Part shown: one piece after another, positions 1-11,304 of the stretch | Layout: the number at the start of each line of letters is the position of its first letter | Numbering within the stretch: position 1 is the first letter of the stretch | Assembly (NCBI GenBank): GCA_937625935.1 | Contig: OW569382.1 | Span: forward strand, 186,001-250,000 | Origin: Tetramitus jugosus | Lineage: Eukaryota > Protista > Heterolobosea | Direction of reading: 5' to 3' | Length of the DNA stretch: 64,000 nucleotides | Notes under the pieces: generated by a model | Told to the model about the DNA's origin: nothing | The model's database searches: none | Seen by the model: only the letters and a program-made list of their open reading frames with translations | Made by a program: the position numbers and the translations under genes

Positions 1-186
1 TGTGACAGAGATCCTCTGGTTTTAATGACATGGGGACAAAGAAATCTGCCTTGGATGATTGCAGTCTTTGTCATTGTGGTTGTATTCATTCTGCTGGTGA
101 TCATCTTTGGTATTCTCTCGTGTTTCTTTTGTTGCTGCAAGACAGCCCTATGCTGTTGTTGCGCTCCAGCAAAAGTTATACTCTGA
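1..186 (+). CDS. 3' end of a membrane protein (partial, runs off window)
   Basis: Frame 1 is open from base 1 to TGA at 184-186: ...WMIAVFVIVVVFILLVIIFGILSCFFCCCKTALCCCCAPAKVIL*, a hydrophobic helix plus Cys-rich tail. Confidence 0.6.
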   Translation, partial: CDRDPLVLMTWGQRNLPWMIAVFVIVVVFILLVIIFGILSCFFCCCKTALCCCCAPAKVIL

Positions 187-505
187 GAATGTATGACCCA
201 TTCAATGCAACATTAGACCTGAATCGGTGCGATGTTCGCATGCTAGGAATTCCCAAATCTCGGAGCGAATAACACGTTTTATTAAATAGTCCGATCCGAT
301 TCCAATATGCCGATGCGTATCTTTCTATTGTAAACTTGCCTCCAGTTGATGATTTTTTTTGTTGTAATAAGGTTCTCTCGTTTTTCACATGTGATTTTTT
401 CGATGTTTTACGCCGACCGCTTCGAAAAACAACAACGATATTCGCAAGCTTTTTTTCACGCTCTGAAAAAACAAAACACAAAAAACACATAGACACATAT
501 ATAAA

Positions 506-1021
506 ATGTTGGTACCACTCCTCGACACATACAATCCATTCTGTCCTCCTTCCGCTGCATTCTTCGGAATGATGGGTTGCGCTGCTTCCCTCGTTTTTGC
601 TAACCTTGGTTCTGCTTACGGTTCTGCCAAGGCTGGTGTTGGTGTCGCTCACTTGGGTATCATGGACGCTAGATTGATCATGAAGGGTATCGTTCCAGTT
701 GTCATGGCTGGTATCTTGGGTATCTACGGTTTGATTGTTTCTATCATTATTGCTGGTGGTATCAACGTCAAGACTGGCTATTCTTCATACAAGGGATATG
801 CTCATTTGGCTTCTGGTTTGTCTTGCGGTTTGTCATCATTGGCTGCTGGTTTGTCTATTGGTGTTGTTGGTGATGCTGGTGTGAGAGCTTATGGTAAGCA
901 ACAAAAGGTGTTCGTTGGTTTGATTTTGATTCTCATTTTCGGTGAAGCTTTGGGATTGTACGGTTTGATTGTTGCCCTGGTCGTTTCTATGTTGCAAAAC
1001 GGTCCAGACTGTAAACTCTAA
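506..1021 (+). CDS. ATP6V0C: V-type ATPase 16 kDa proteolipid subunit c
   Basis: Four TM helices; [26 protein letters not shown] and [17 protein letters not shown] with the essential Glu. Confidence 0.97.
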   Translation: MLVPLLDTYNPFCPPSAAFFGMMGCAASLVFANLGSAYGSAKAGVGVAHLGIMDARLIMKGIVPVVMAGILGIYGLIVSIIIAGGINVKTGYSSYKGYAHLASGLSCGLSSLAAGLSIGVVGDAGVRAYGKQQKVFVGLILILIFGEALGLYGLIVALVVSMLQNGPDCKL

Positions 1022-1245
1022 ATCTGTTTTTTGAAAGAGAGAAACACATAAACATTTATCATCAACACACGGTTCGATGATATTCTACAGTAAAATTTGA
1101 TTTTCATCATGATTCACACAAGTTGGTGTTTGCATTCTTGTTTCCATTGTGGCGAACCACCATCACATCAAGTTTGTGTGATGGCCACAAGTTATCATTT
1201 ACTTTTTTCGTTCTTCTCCTCCTCATTTACAACAAAAAACACGTG

Positions 1246-2664
1246 ATGAAGATGGATGGAGAGACTAGTCAGCAGTATGAAAATGAGGTGGTTTCATCAT
1301 TCGACAAGACAACAATAATTCCTGGCAGCGAGACCACCAGTGGTACGATTGGAAATGAACAAAATTCACTCACACAGTACTGGCACAGAAGAACGATTAT
1401 TCTTCTCTTTCTGGGAATCATGGCAAGTTACTGTTGCGTGTTTACAGTGGGAATGACGAGCCCGTTGATCATGAAGGATCTTAATCTCAATGAATCCCAG
1501 TTGGCTTATATTCTTACCGTGGCCCGGTCAGTTAGAATCTTTCCAAAGCTCTTCTCTGGACTGATTGTGGACATTTTCGGTGGGCGAAACATGTTTTTGT
1601 TGAGTCATTTGTTGACTTGCTTGTTTACGCTCTTGTTCTCCTATGGACACTCTGTCGATTATTTGGCACTCATGTGGACAGGCAACAATGTATCGACCAC
1701 GCTTGCATGGCCAGCTCTCGTCAAAGTATCGAGCAAATGGTTCTCATACAAGATATTGGGCAAGGTGATGTCGATTCTGAGCTTGAGTTATCTGTTTGGT
1801 GATGCTATTGCGAAATTGTACCTCTCTGGCTTCATTTATTATGGTGTTGGGTGGAGAACATTGTTCCATGTCGCGTTTCTGACACTATTCACATTTGTGT
1901 TGATTGGCCAGTGGGGATTGAGAGCCAGTCCAAAGGATGTGGGACTCGCGGAGCCAGAAGTTGATCCATCCAATGTGTTTGGATCAGCTGGCAATAGTGA
2001 TGAATTTATGGGATTTCGAAAGTCTTTGGCACCACTGGTGTTCAATCTTCCTTTTTGGTTGCTCGTTCTTCAATCTGGTGGATTGAATATGATGATTTAT
2101 GTGTGCAATGATTGGTTGTCTCTTTATTTGAAACAGAGGTGTCAAGCAACAGATTTTGTGTCAGTTCTGTCAACTATTTTGTTCCCAGTAGCAGGAGGCT
2201 TCTCTGCGTTACTGATTGGACAGCTATTCGATCGTTTTTCGATACGAGGTCGTAACATTATGATGATTCTGTTCCATGTTGGTACATGCCTCGTAACTGT
2301 GCTCATGTACTTGGCGAATCTAGGTCAAGCACCGGCAAGTCAATTCACAACCATGTTGCTTTTTACTCTTCTAGGATTGACAGTTACCGGACCGTACACT
2401 CTGCCTAGTGGGGTGTTGGCCATTAAGTTTGGTGGTAAGAAAATTGCAGCAACCATGGTTGGTATTATTGATGCAGTGGGAACTGTAGCTAGCTTACTTT
2501 CAGCGATACTTGGCTCTACATTCTTGAACAAGCACAACTTGCCAGTCGAGGAGAGGTGGGGCAACATTTTCTTTGCCATGTTTCTGGATGCACTATTGGT
2601 CATGACTCTGAGTGTGGCTTATCTGTTGGTCGATAGACCAGAGACAAATAAGGAGAAGAAGTAA
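1246..2664 (+). CDS. MFS transporter, organophosphate:Pi antiporter (GlpT/SLC37)-like
   Basis: About 12 TM segments, GLIVDIFGGR motif A, AWPALVKVSSKWF; first in-frame ATG is at 1246. Confidence 0.8.
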   Translation: MKMDGETSQQYENEVVSSFDKTTIIPGSETTSGTIGNEQNSLTQYWHRRTIILLFLGIMASYCCVFTVGMTSPLIMKDLNLNESQLAYILTVARSVRIFPKLFSGLIVDIFGGRNMFLLSHLLTCLFTLLFSYGHSVDYLALMWTGNNVSTTLAWPALVKVSSKWFSYKILGKVMSILSLSYLFGDAIAKLYLSGFIYYGVGWRTLFHVAFLTLFTFVLIGQWGLRASPKDVGLAEPEVDPSNVFGSAGNSDEFMGFRKSLAPLVFNLPFWLLVLQSGGLNMMIYVCNDWLSLYLKQRCQATDFVSVLSTILFPVAGGFSALLIGQLFDRFSIRGRNIMMILFHVGTCLVTVLMYLANLGQAPASQFTTMLLFTLLGLTVTGPYTLPSGVLAIKFGGKKIAATMVGIIDAVGTVASLLSAILGSTFLNKHNLPVEERWGNIFFAMFLDALLVMTLSVAYLLVDRPETNKEKK

Positions 2665-2704
2665 TGATCATGACAAACCAGTTCGTTTTTATTTATGTTA
2701 TTAG

Positions 2705-5700
2705 TTATACATCCTCTTCAAGTAATTCGTGGTCTCTGCTGCGATTTCTTCTGAAGCAGTTCTTTGGATTGAGCGATGGCAAGGAGACATTGAATCCACA
2801 GAATCCACTCTTTGGGGTTGGAATCACTCGAAGAATGAATCCAATAGGTAAACTCATGAACCCGATTGCAATTGATACAATCCATTCGAACCAACTGAGA
2901 CCAAAGGTGCCAAAGCCGAAATATCCACCAAACTCTGTGATGATGACTTGGACCACCGCTGATACCACTGTGATAACAATGAAGATCCAACTCTGACTCA
3001 ATTTTGAGAAAATGTTAAACTCATTGTGAATCTTTCTGGCATTAAATTGATTGAATAATTGGCAAACCACAAAAGTGTTGAAGACTAGAGTATAGTCCTC
3101 AGCATTTCTCTTGTTTGACAACGGATTATTTGGGCCAGCAGGACCAAATATCTTCTCATGGGCATAGATTAGAGTCAAAAGCACACCAATCTGATACAGT
3201 CCCTGGACAAAGATATTCTTCCACATATTGTTTGTTATCAGATTATCTTCAGTTCCGTGAGGTTTTCTGGTCAGTAGGTCATCACTTGGAGGCTCAGTGG
3301 CCAAAGCAAGAGCGGCAAAGGTGTCCATAATCAAATTGACCCATAGCAGCTGCACAGGCGTCAATGGGAAACCATGAGAGGTGACACTTCCAATAAAAGT
3401 GACCATCAAAGCCACAAAATTAATAGTGATTTGGAATTGCAGGAACTTTCGAATGTTTTCGTAGACTGATCTTCCCCAGAGCACTGATTTGACAATTGAC
3501 TTGAAGTTATCGTCAAGAATGACAATATCTGATGCTTCTTTGGCAATTTCAGTACCACTCAAGCCCATTGAGAGACCAACGTGAGCTGCCTTGAGAGCAG
3601 GGCCATCATTCGTACCATCACCAGTCACAGAGACTACTCTACCCATGCTCTTCAATGTCTTTACAAGTTCCAACTTGTCTGTTGGAGTCGATCGTGCCAT
3701 AACTTGCAATTTCTCAGCAACTTCTCTCTTGGACTCGTTGTCCAATTTACGGAACTCGCTTCCTTCGATAGCGAGGCCATCTTCTGTCAAGATGCCACAT
3801 TCTTTGGCAATAAATGTTGCAGTTAAAATGTTATCACCAGTTACCATACGGACTACAATACCAGCTTGTTTACACTGATCAACACAATCGATTACCTCTT
3901 TTCTTAATGGATCCTTAATACCAACCAGAGCAACACAGATCAACTCCTTCTCTGGTGGATCACTTGTATCGGCTAGATCTCTCTCATCCTTGACTGTAAA
4001 ATCATTGAATGCAATACAAATTGTTCTCAAGCCAGTAGATGCCATATCTTTGATCACTTGTTCTGTATTCTTTCTCATCTCAGATGTGATCTCAGTAATT
4101 GAGCCATTAGGTAGAATCTGTCTATTACACAGGGAATAAACAATTTCAGCAGCTCCTTTTGTAAATATTCTAAACTCTGATTCGTTTTCAAATCGAAGTA
4201 CCGTACTCATTCTCTTTCTGTCACTAGAGAATGTATAGACTTGTGCTTTGTCTTGCTCTGCATCATTACGAATAGCCAAATAATCGATATCAAAGTTCTT
4301 GATGAGCATGTACAAGAGAGCACACTCAGTTTTGTTGCCCAAGAATTCTGGTATCTTGGTGACAGGATTGTACTTGACATTAGCTGTAGAATTGATTGCA
4401 ATTGCATCACATAGAATGTTCAAAACATCAACATTAATATCGGATGATATTGGCATTGAGCCACTTCTAAATTCTGCTTCGGCAATTACTGCTTGTGTAA
4501 CCTCCATTCGATTCGTTGTCAATGTACCTGTCTTATCAGAGCAAATATCAGTAGCAGATCCCATTGTTTCACAGGCTGATAAATGACGAACCAAGTTCAT
4601 ATCTGCTAACATTTTCTTCATGGAATAGGCGAGAGAGATCGTAACCGCGAGAGGAAGACCTTCAGGAACAGCAACAACCACAATAGTCACCGCAATCACA
4701 AGATACTTGAGTATGGCTCGCACAGAGTCCCATGCCAAGAACTTCTTGTTTGGATCTGTACCCACTTCGATCGAATACTTGATGGTGAGAGCAATAAAAT
4801 TCATTGCCGCAAATCCCATACCGACATAACCAATGGTCGCAGCCAACCTCTCCAACTGACTCTGCAATGGAGTTTCTTGGACTTCTTCCGTCATGAGAGC
4901 AAGCATCGTTTTGCCCCATTCGGTCGACTCTCCTACAGCAAGCACCAACATGGTACACACTCCATCTTGAATACGAGCAGCATTAGGCATGAAAGGCTGA
5001 TGGACATTGACGAGTACCTCATCTGGTTCACCATCCAAATGACTGCAATCCAATGCAATATTGAAGCCATCAATAAACACACCATCGGCAGGCAATTGAT
5101 CACCAGTTTCCATGCTCACAACATCACCGACCATGATTTGATCAATTGTAACTTGCATCAACACTCCATCTCTCTTCACATTGACCAATCTCTGTTCCTT
5201 GACACGATTCAATTCTCTAAACTGTCTCTCCTTGGTCCAATTGTTGAATGATGTGACCGATGTGACCAACACCACTGCAATAAAGATACCTACGCTGTCC
5301 AACCAGCCATTCTTTTCTTCACGAGCAAAAATGATTGCAAACAACAGTGAAACGGCAGCAGCAACCATCAAAATAATCAATGTAGTGTCCTTTAGAGCCT
5401 CCACAATGTAATAAAAAATACTCTTTAGCTTTCGCTCAGGGTACACATTCTCACCATATCTATCATTAATGTTTGTATATATAATCAAATCGTATCATAC
5501 GAGTAAACACATGCGGTGTTAAGAATATAATCAACAACAACAACAACAGCAATAGTAGCAACAGTCAAAATAATAACAAGAGAGCTCTTGTCCAAGCAAT
5601 GAATGACATACACTTTCTTACGCTCAGCATAGCTCTCACTGGTGCTAGTGCCAATAGAAATGGTTAAATCACTGGGTAAGCCTCTTGTTAAATCTGTCTT

Positions 5701-6005
5701 CTACTCATGACAGACACAAAAAGGTGGATAATGATCAATACAAAAAATCAACAAACAACATTCATGTCAATTGGAAAACAACAGAAGATCAAAAAAGTAA
5801 CAAAACAAAAAACAACGCAGAATAAACGTACGAGTGCTTTGGCCAGGGCACCAATACCACCATATTCTTCCAATTTCTCAGCACTTCTAGAGGAATGTAA
5901 ACTGATCAGTTCTTCTTTTGAAATTCCAAATGATCCTGTTGTTAGGCTTGATCCTACACGACCATCAGAAAAGTGATGGCGACTGCCACCACTACTGCTC
6001 ATCAT
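2705..6005 (-). CDS. P2B (PMCA-type) calcium-transporting ATPase, 3 exons (6005-5832, 5700-5612, 5459-2705)
   Basis: VAVPEGLPLAV, DKTGTLT, MVTGDN, TGDGTNDGPAL and QLLWVNLIMDT motifs; two introns (GTACGT..AG, GTATGT..AG) join the frames. Confidence 0.95.
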
Positions 6006-6283
6006 CTTCTTTTTGTTACTCCCGACTGTTTATTTTTTGCTTGGATTTAGGTTTTTTTCATCCGGTTCTTCCGCGCAGAAATTCAATTCGGAATAAACTC
6101 ATAAAATCGCGATCTGAAATTCGTAGATGTAAAAAAGGGCGCGAATTGCATTTTCCGTCATCTCGGAGCGCTTGAACATCTCTTCCAACCAACGTGCCCA
6201 ATCATTTTCCTGAACGTGTCTGTGAAAAACCCAACCCACCACAAACAAAACAGCCAACCAAAACAAACAAACAACACTCAAAA

Positions 6284-7714
6284 ATGTTCAAGCAAACCAT
6301 TCAACGCTTTGCCAACAACAACAACAACAGCGTCAATAGCAGACAACTTGTCTATCGCTTCTACTCTACTCAACAACAGTCAACAACTCCTCCACTGTTG
6401 TCTCTTGCTCCAGTAGACTTTGTCGATGCCATGAAAAAGAATGGTGTGAGAAGAGCATACATTGTTCATGACTCCAAGACCAACACCACAAAGACTAGTC
6501 ATCCCATGTTTGATCAAATGGCGCAACAAATTGTGAGTGACAAGAGAGACTTTTTGGGTCATGAAGCCGTCTTTTTTGAGATTGGTAAACAGTCTGATGC
6601 ACTGTTGGCTGCATTCATTCAAAAGACCATTAGAGGCACTCCACAGGGAGGTGTTCGACTGTGGCACTACAACACCATGGAGAGTGTGGTGAGAGATGGA
6701 TTGAGATTGTCTGCTGGTATGGGCAGAAAGAATGCATTGGCTGGATTGTATTGGGGAGGTGGCAAAGGTATCATTGTCAAGAACACGACTGCTTCTTCAG
6801 TCAATTTTGATGATGCAAAGACGAGAGATGTCGTCTTTGGTGACTATGGTGATTTCTTGACTGGATTGAGAGGTGCTTACTATGGCGCAGAAGATGTTGG
6901 ATTGACACCAGAGGACACTGCACGTATGTTTGCAAGAACAAGATTCATGACTTGTATTCCACAAGAGTTGGGCGGTTCTGGAAATCCTTCCAAGAGCACT
7001 GGCATGGGTGTCGTGTGTGGTATGGAAGCTGGATTGGACTTTTTGAAGATGGGTGACATCAAGGGAAAGAAGGTTGTGATCCAAGGTGCAGGCAATGTCG
7101 CAGGATTCGTTCTCGATGACCTGTTGAGCAAGCAAGTGGGCAAAGTCATCATGAGTGACATTAATGCAAAGCTCATTGAACAGAGAAGAGTCCAGTACAA
7201 GGACTATGCTCACATTGTTGAGTTTAGATTGACCACACCAGATGACAATAGCATCTTGTTTGAGCCGTGCGACGTGTTGGCTCCTTGTGCTCTGGGAGGT
7301 ATCATCAACTCTGAGACCATTCCAAAATTGAACTGCAAGGTCGTTGCTGGTGCTGCCAACAATCAATTGTTGGACCCTGTGGAGCACGATTATGCACTCA
7401 AGGAGAGAAACATTGTCTACGTTCCTGACTACTTGTTGAACAGAATGGGTATTGTCAACTGTGCCAATGAGAATTATGGTTATGTGAAAAATGATCCAAT
7501 GATTGCTCGTCACTTTGGTAGAGAATGGGAGAATGCCATCTTCAATATTGCCATCTCTGTTTTGACCAACTCTCAAAAGGACGGTATTCCAACCGGTATG
7601 GCCGCAAACAAGTTGGCTGATGAATTGGCAGAGAAGGAGCATCCAATCATGGGACACAGAGCATGGAACATTATTCAAGGTTTGATTGCTGACAAGTGGG
7701 CAGAAGGCAAATAA
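6284..7714 (+). CDS. Glu/Leu/Phe/Val dehydrogenase family protein with probable mitochondrial presequence
   Basis: GGVR, GGGKG, AEDVG, GSGNPS, IQGAGNVA, APCALGG and AGAANNQL motifs; N-terminus MFKQTIQRF lacks acidic residues. Confidence 0.9.
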   Translation: MFKQTIQRFANNNNNSVNSRQLVYRFYSTQQQSTTPPLLSLAPVDFVDAMKKNGVRRAYIVHDSKTNTTKTSHPMFDQMAQQIVSDKRDFLGHEAVFFEIGKQSDALLAAFIQKTIRGTPQGGVRLWHYNTMESVVRDGLRLSAGMGRKNALAGLYWGGGKGIIVKNTTASSVNFDDAKTRDVVFGDYGDFLTGLRGAYYGAEDVGLTPEDTARMFARTRFMTCIPQELGGSGNPSKSTGMGVVCGMEAGLDFLKMGDIKGKKVVIQGAGNVAGFVLDDLLSKQVGKVIMSDINAKLIEQRRVQYKDYAHIVEFRLTTPDDNSILFEPCDVLAPCALGGIINSETIPKLNCKVVAGAANNQLLDPVEHDYALKERNIVYVPDYLLNRMGIVNCANENYGYVKNDPMIARHFGREWENAIFNIAISVLTNSQKDGIPTGMAANKLADELAEKEHPIMGHRAWNIIQGLIADKWAEGK

Positions 7715-7941
7715 ACGAGACACGATATTTGTGCTTTAATGTGTCAGTTGTCGCTTCTTCTTGTCTCTGAGAGCTCTCGATGGCTATTGACTCGCAATTC
7801 CCCGTAGATTCCTCTAACGGTCAATCTCCTGGATATTCCAGCACCATCTACAGGACAAATCTCAATTGGAAAACATTCTAATTCTCATCGGTCAACAATA
7901 TCACACTTCACCACCAAGTTGTTGGAAACTGAGGATATAAA

Positions 7942-9798
7942 ATGGGAGCATATCAAGCTAAAATCCAGTGTGAAGATGTTGAGCAGAAAACAAATCACAA
8001 TAGAGGAGGAGAGAAACACAATGGGAATCACAAAATCATTATTGAAAGCGGAAATAATTACTATGACACAAAGGAGAACTGTGAGAGTGTAGAGGAAATG
8101 AGCAATGGTAGCTATGACGAGTCTGTTGGCTCCATTTCGAGCCGGTGTCCAGTGATTGGAGGAACTTCGACGAGTGAAGAATTGTTGAAATTTAGTTTAT
8201 CTTTGGACAAAATGTCAAAGAGGCTAGGAACTCCGGTTACTTCGAGATCTAGTACAGCCAAGGAGGTTCAGTGTCCTTTTGCAAAGAATTTTAAGACGAT
8301 TGTTGATGATCACAAGGGAAGCCTCTCTTCTGCTCTTATTTCAATGTCTCCTGTACCCATCATTGGCTACAGCAGCTCGGGTACGATACAAGTCTATAAT
8401 CGTGCAGCAGAGAGGGTGTTTGAATATCTAGAATCTGATGTTGTCGGCTACGATTTATCAACTCTGATACTGGAGGAGGACGCACACTCTATGATCTCAG
8501 TATCCAAGAGCCATCAAGCTAAAAACTCGGCAATTTTCAATCAAAAAGTGGTTATTGGAAGACGGTGTCGTGGAGAATTGTTTCCTATCGAAGTGTCATT
8601 TTGTCAAGTAGTTGATTCTGAAAAGGCACAAAGTAATTCTTTCTTTATAGCGTATCTCAAAGACTTAACTGTAGACGTTCAACTGTTAGCCCTTCACAAA
8701 TTGAACAAGAAGGTGGTAAATCTGTCCACTATTCCAGTCGTTGGTATGGACAGTACATGTATTGTTCGAATATTTAATGAGGCTGCTGCAAGTGTTTTTC
8801 GTTGTTCACGAGAGGAGGTGTTAGGACAAAACATCAAGATGCTAATGCCAGAGAGATTAGCAAAGTATCACGATAAGTATGTGAATGATTACCTAACAAC
8901 AGGAAAGAAGAGAGTGTTGGATTCGGTCAGAGTAGAAGAGGGAATGAGGAAGGGTGGAGAGCTGTTTCCAATAGAGTTAAAAGCAACAGAAATTGTAGTA
9001 GCAGACAACAAGAGATGGTTTATTGGATTTGTAAGAGATCTGAGTGAAGTGATCACAAAGTCGGAGCAGAATGCCCTTACAAGATTGACCAATCAATTAT
9101 TTCCACCTACAATTGCTGCCAAGATTGCCCAGGGTGAGACATCTATTCACAACTACCACAAGGAGGTTTCCATTGCCTTTTTGGACATCGTAGGATTTAC
9201 AACAACATCGAGTATATTGTCAGCACAAGAGATTGTAACTCTTTTGGATCAGATATTCAGAGGAATCGATAATTTATTGCCAAAGTACACCTTGCTCAAG
9301 ATTAAGAGTATTGGTGATGCGTACATGATTGGATGTGGATTCCCAAATGAACATCCAGACCATGCGAAGAATATTGTGGAAGGTGCTTTCGAGATACTGG
9401 ACATTGTCAAGGAAATCAATGATTCGAACCCTACTCTCCCCTCACAACTACAAGTCAGAGTTGGTATCAATTCTGGGGATGTTATCGCTGGAATTGTCGG
9501 TACCACCAAACCTCAGTACGATTGCTGGGGTGATACTGTGAATCTAAGTTCGAGAATGGAGTCTTCAGGTGTTCCTTCTGAGATTCAAATCACGGAGGAA
9601 ACCTTTTCTCTGCTACCGGCTTATCTCCAGAAACGATTTGTGGTGAGAATTGCAGTACCAATTAAGGGCAAGGGTCTGATCGATACTTACATAACGAACA
9701 TTCATGGTAAGAAAAGAAGTTCGAGGCCTTACCTTAAGGCAAGACCATCACTCATTGATGAAGATGCCTATTCATTGAGCAGTTCGTTCCAGACATAA
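7942..9798 (+). CDS. PAS-PAS class III adenylate cyclase
   Basis: Two PAS domains (YNRAAERVF, FNEAAASVF..GELFPIE); cyclase motifs FLDIVGFT, KIKSIGDAYM and YDCWGDTVNLSSRMES with ATP-specifying Lys/Asp. Confidence 0.92.
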   Translation: MGAYQAKIQCEDVEQKTNHNRGGEKHNGNHKIIIESGNNYYDTKENCESVEEMSNGSYDESVGSISSRCPVIGGTSTSEELLKFSLSLDKMSKRLGTPVTSRSSTAKEVQCPFAKNFKTIVDDHKGSLSSALISMSPVPIIGYSSSGTIQVYNRAAERVFEYLESDVVGYDLSTLILEEDAHSMISVSKSHQAKNSAIFNQKVVIGRRCRGELFPIEVSFCQVVDSEKAQSNSFFIAYLKDLTVDVQLLALHKLNKKVVNLSTIPVVGMDSTCIVRIFNEAAASVFRCSREEVLGQNIKMLMPERLAKYHDKYVNDYLTTGKKRVLDSVRVEEGMRKGGELFPIELKATEIVVADNKRWFIGFVRDLSEVITKSEQNALTRLTNQLFPPTIAAKIAQGETSIHNYHKEVSIAFLDIVGFTTTSSILSAQEIVTLLDQIFRGIDNLLPKYTLLKIKSIGDAYMIGCGFPNEHPDHAKNIVEGAFEILDIVKEINDSNPTLPSQLQVRVGINSGDVIAGIVGTTKPQYDCWGDTVNLSSRMESSGVPSEIQITEETFSLLPAYLQKRFVVRIAVPIKGKGLIDTYITNIHGKKRSSRPYLKARPSLIDEDAYSLSSSFQT

Positions 9799-9852
9799 AA
9801 ACATGACTCTAGAGATAAATTGTTATCTTTAAGTTTTTTATTGTGAGAAAAT

Positions 9853-10197
9853 CAAGTTTGTTTTGAATGACATACACACATGCGATGTCTGTGTGATATT
9901 GTTGTTGACACGAGTGCTGCACATGTTCAGAGTGTGTTCGAAAGAGGAGTGGAAATGGTCAGAGCTTGACAGATGCTTACACAACAAAGATCAGGATGGA
10001 AGGTCCCAATACTTTGTCCACAAACATCATCGCTCGTCATGGATTCAACACTCACATCTCTTTCCTATACACCCGCACCCAACAAAGGGAGTGAACAGTG
10101 AGGATCATCACACACACTCGTGTCACAACGCATAGCACACACATCAGCATGATTGATTAGACATGTATGCTCCCAAAATTAATGCCAACAAAACTTG
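9853..10197 (-). other. Long rod-like RNA hairpin filling the inferred 3' UTR of the GNAT gene
   Basis: About 12 nested complementary helices centred on a loop at 9997-10003, e.g. 9901-9916/10115-10129, 9940-9951/10049-10064, 9972-9978/10022-10028 and 9990-9996/10004-10010; several pairs are G-U only on the minus strand. Confidence 0.75.
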
Positions 10198-11304
10198 TTA
10201 TTCCCATGTACAATAGACATCGTCACCATTGTTCACCGTGTTCATCACATGCAAGTCGTGAAACTTGACACGCAATTCACCCATCACCTTTTGAGCCAAT
10301 GCAGCTGTAATGTGAGACTCATTGTTGGACATGATGGTCGCAGTGGCAGCATTATCAGCAACAGAATCAGTAGAGTTGAATAGAGCTGTAGAGGACATTG
10401 AGGATTCAAAGTACATGAACACAAATCTTCTACCTGCAAAAATAGAGTCCAACACTGGTAATTTGTTGGCTCCCAATTTGCTGTACCATCCAACAAGTCT
10501 CGTCTCACACTCCAACGTCACATGTCTGTTGATTGTGAGATGAGGAATCAAGAATTGTTTCATGAATCGACTGCCTGTTCCATTGCCTCTGCACTGTTCA
10601 CTGACACTAATGTAGTCCAAGTGACAGAATGATTCATTGTCATTCAACATGCTTACAATGGCAAATGCAGCCACCATGTGTTCTTGTGGTTGATTGGCAG
10701 TAGTAGTAGTAGTATTGGTGGTGGAATTGGTGGTAGTGGTAGTTGGACTTGTCAACAGGGCAAAACACTTGTAATTGCTGTGAATGACAAAATTGGATAA
10801 AATGTCAGCAACTGATGACTCATCTTGTCCATTGCTCAAGAATGCATCCTTGTACATTTGAATAATTTGATTCATGTATGGATCATGAATCACACATTCA
10901 AAGTATTCTTCATTCTCTTCTTCATCATCCTCATCTTGAGTCATGTCCATCATTACATCATGATCAACAACAGCAGTAGCAGCAGTAGTCATTGACTGAT
11001 GATGCTTCATCAACATGGAATAATAGTACTGAGAATTCATTTCAACAAACACTTCTTGTTCACCTGGAGGAGTAATGACAGTAAAGGGAGCAGCACTAGC
11101 ACTAACAGTAGTAGTAGTAGTAGTAGTGGATGCTGCTTCCTCCTTTGTGGTAATAGTGGTTGCAGTGGGCACAGAGGATTCAGCACTTGGTGATGATTGA
11201 TGAGAGGTAACAAATGGATGATCCATGACCATTGAAACCATCATCTCAATCGGAAGAGATGCCTGCTGTGTTTCCTGTTCTTGTTCATTTGGTTGATGAA
11301 TGCT
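10198..11304 (-). CDS. GNAT-family acetyltransferase (ORF2; +1 frame relative to ORF1, first own ATG at 11244)
   Basis: HLDYISVSEQCRGNGTGSRFM (motif A, R-x-x-G-x-G) and LVGWYSKLG (motif B); the frame stays open upstream to ~11350. Confidence 0.8.
   Translation of the reverse strand, partial: SIHQPNEQEQETQQASLPIEMMVSMVMDHPFVTSHQSSPSAESSVPTATTITTKEEAASTTTTTTTVSASAAPFTVITPPGEQEVFVEMNSQYYYSMLMKHHQSMTTAATAVVDHDVMMDMTQDEDDEEENEEYFECVIHDPYMNQIIQMYKDAFLSNGQDESSVADILSNFVIHSNYKCFALLTSPTTTTTNSTTNTTTTTANQPQEHMVAAFAIVSMLNDNESFCHLDYISVSEQCRGNGTGSRFMKQFLIPHLTINRHVTLECETRLVGWYSKLGANKLPVLDSIFAGRRFVFMYFESSMSSTALFNSTDSVADNAATATIMSNNESHITAALAQKVMGELRVKFHDLHVMNTVNNGDDVYCTWE

Noticed and set aside
6797-7723. 308-aa antisense ORF and similar shadow ORFs (e.g. 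11977-12624, 58999-59643, 40689-41174)
   Set aside because: Lie opposite well-supported genes; explained by codon bias or trinucleotide repeats
9853-10197. SRP (7SL) RNA or SECIS identity for the hairpin
   Set aside because: No recognisable helix-8 AGCAG motif, Alu domain or clear SECIS core; the ORF1 stop is UAG, not UGA
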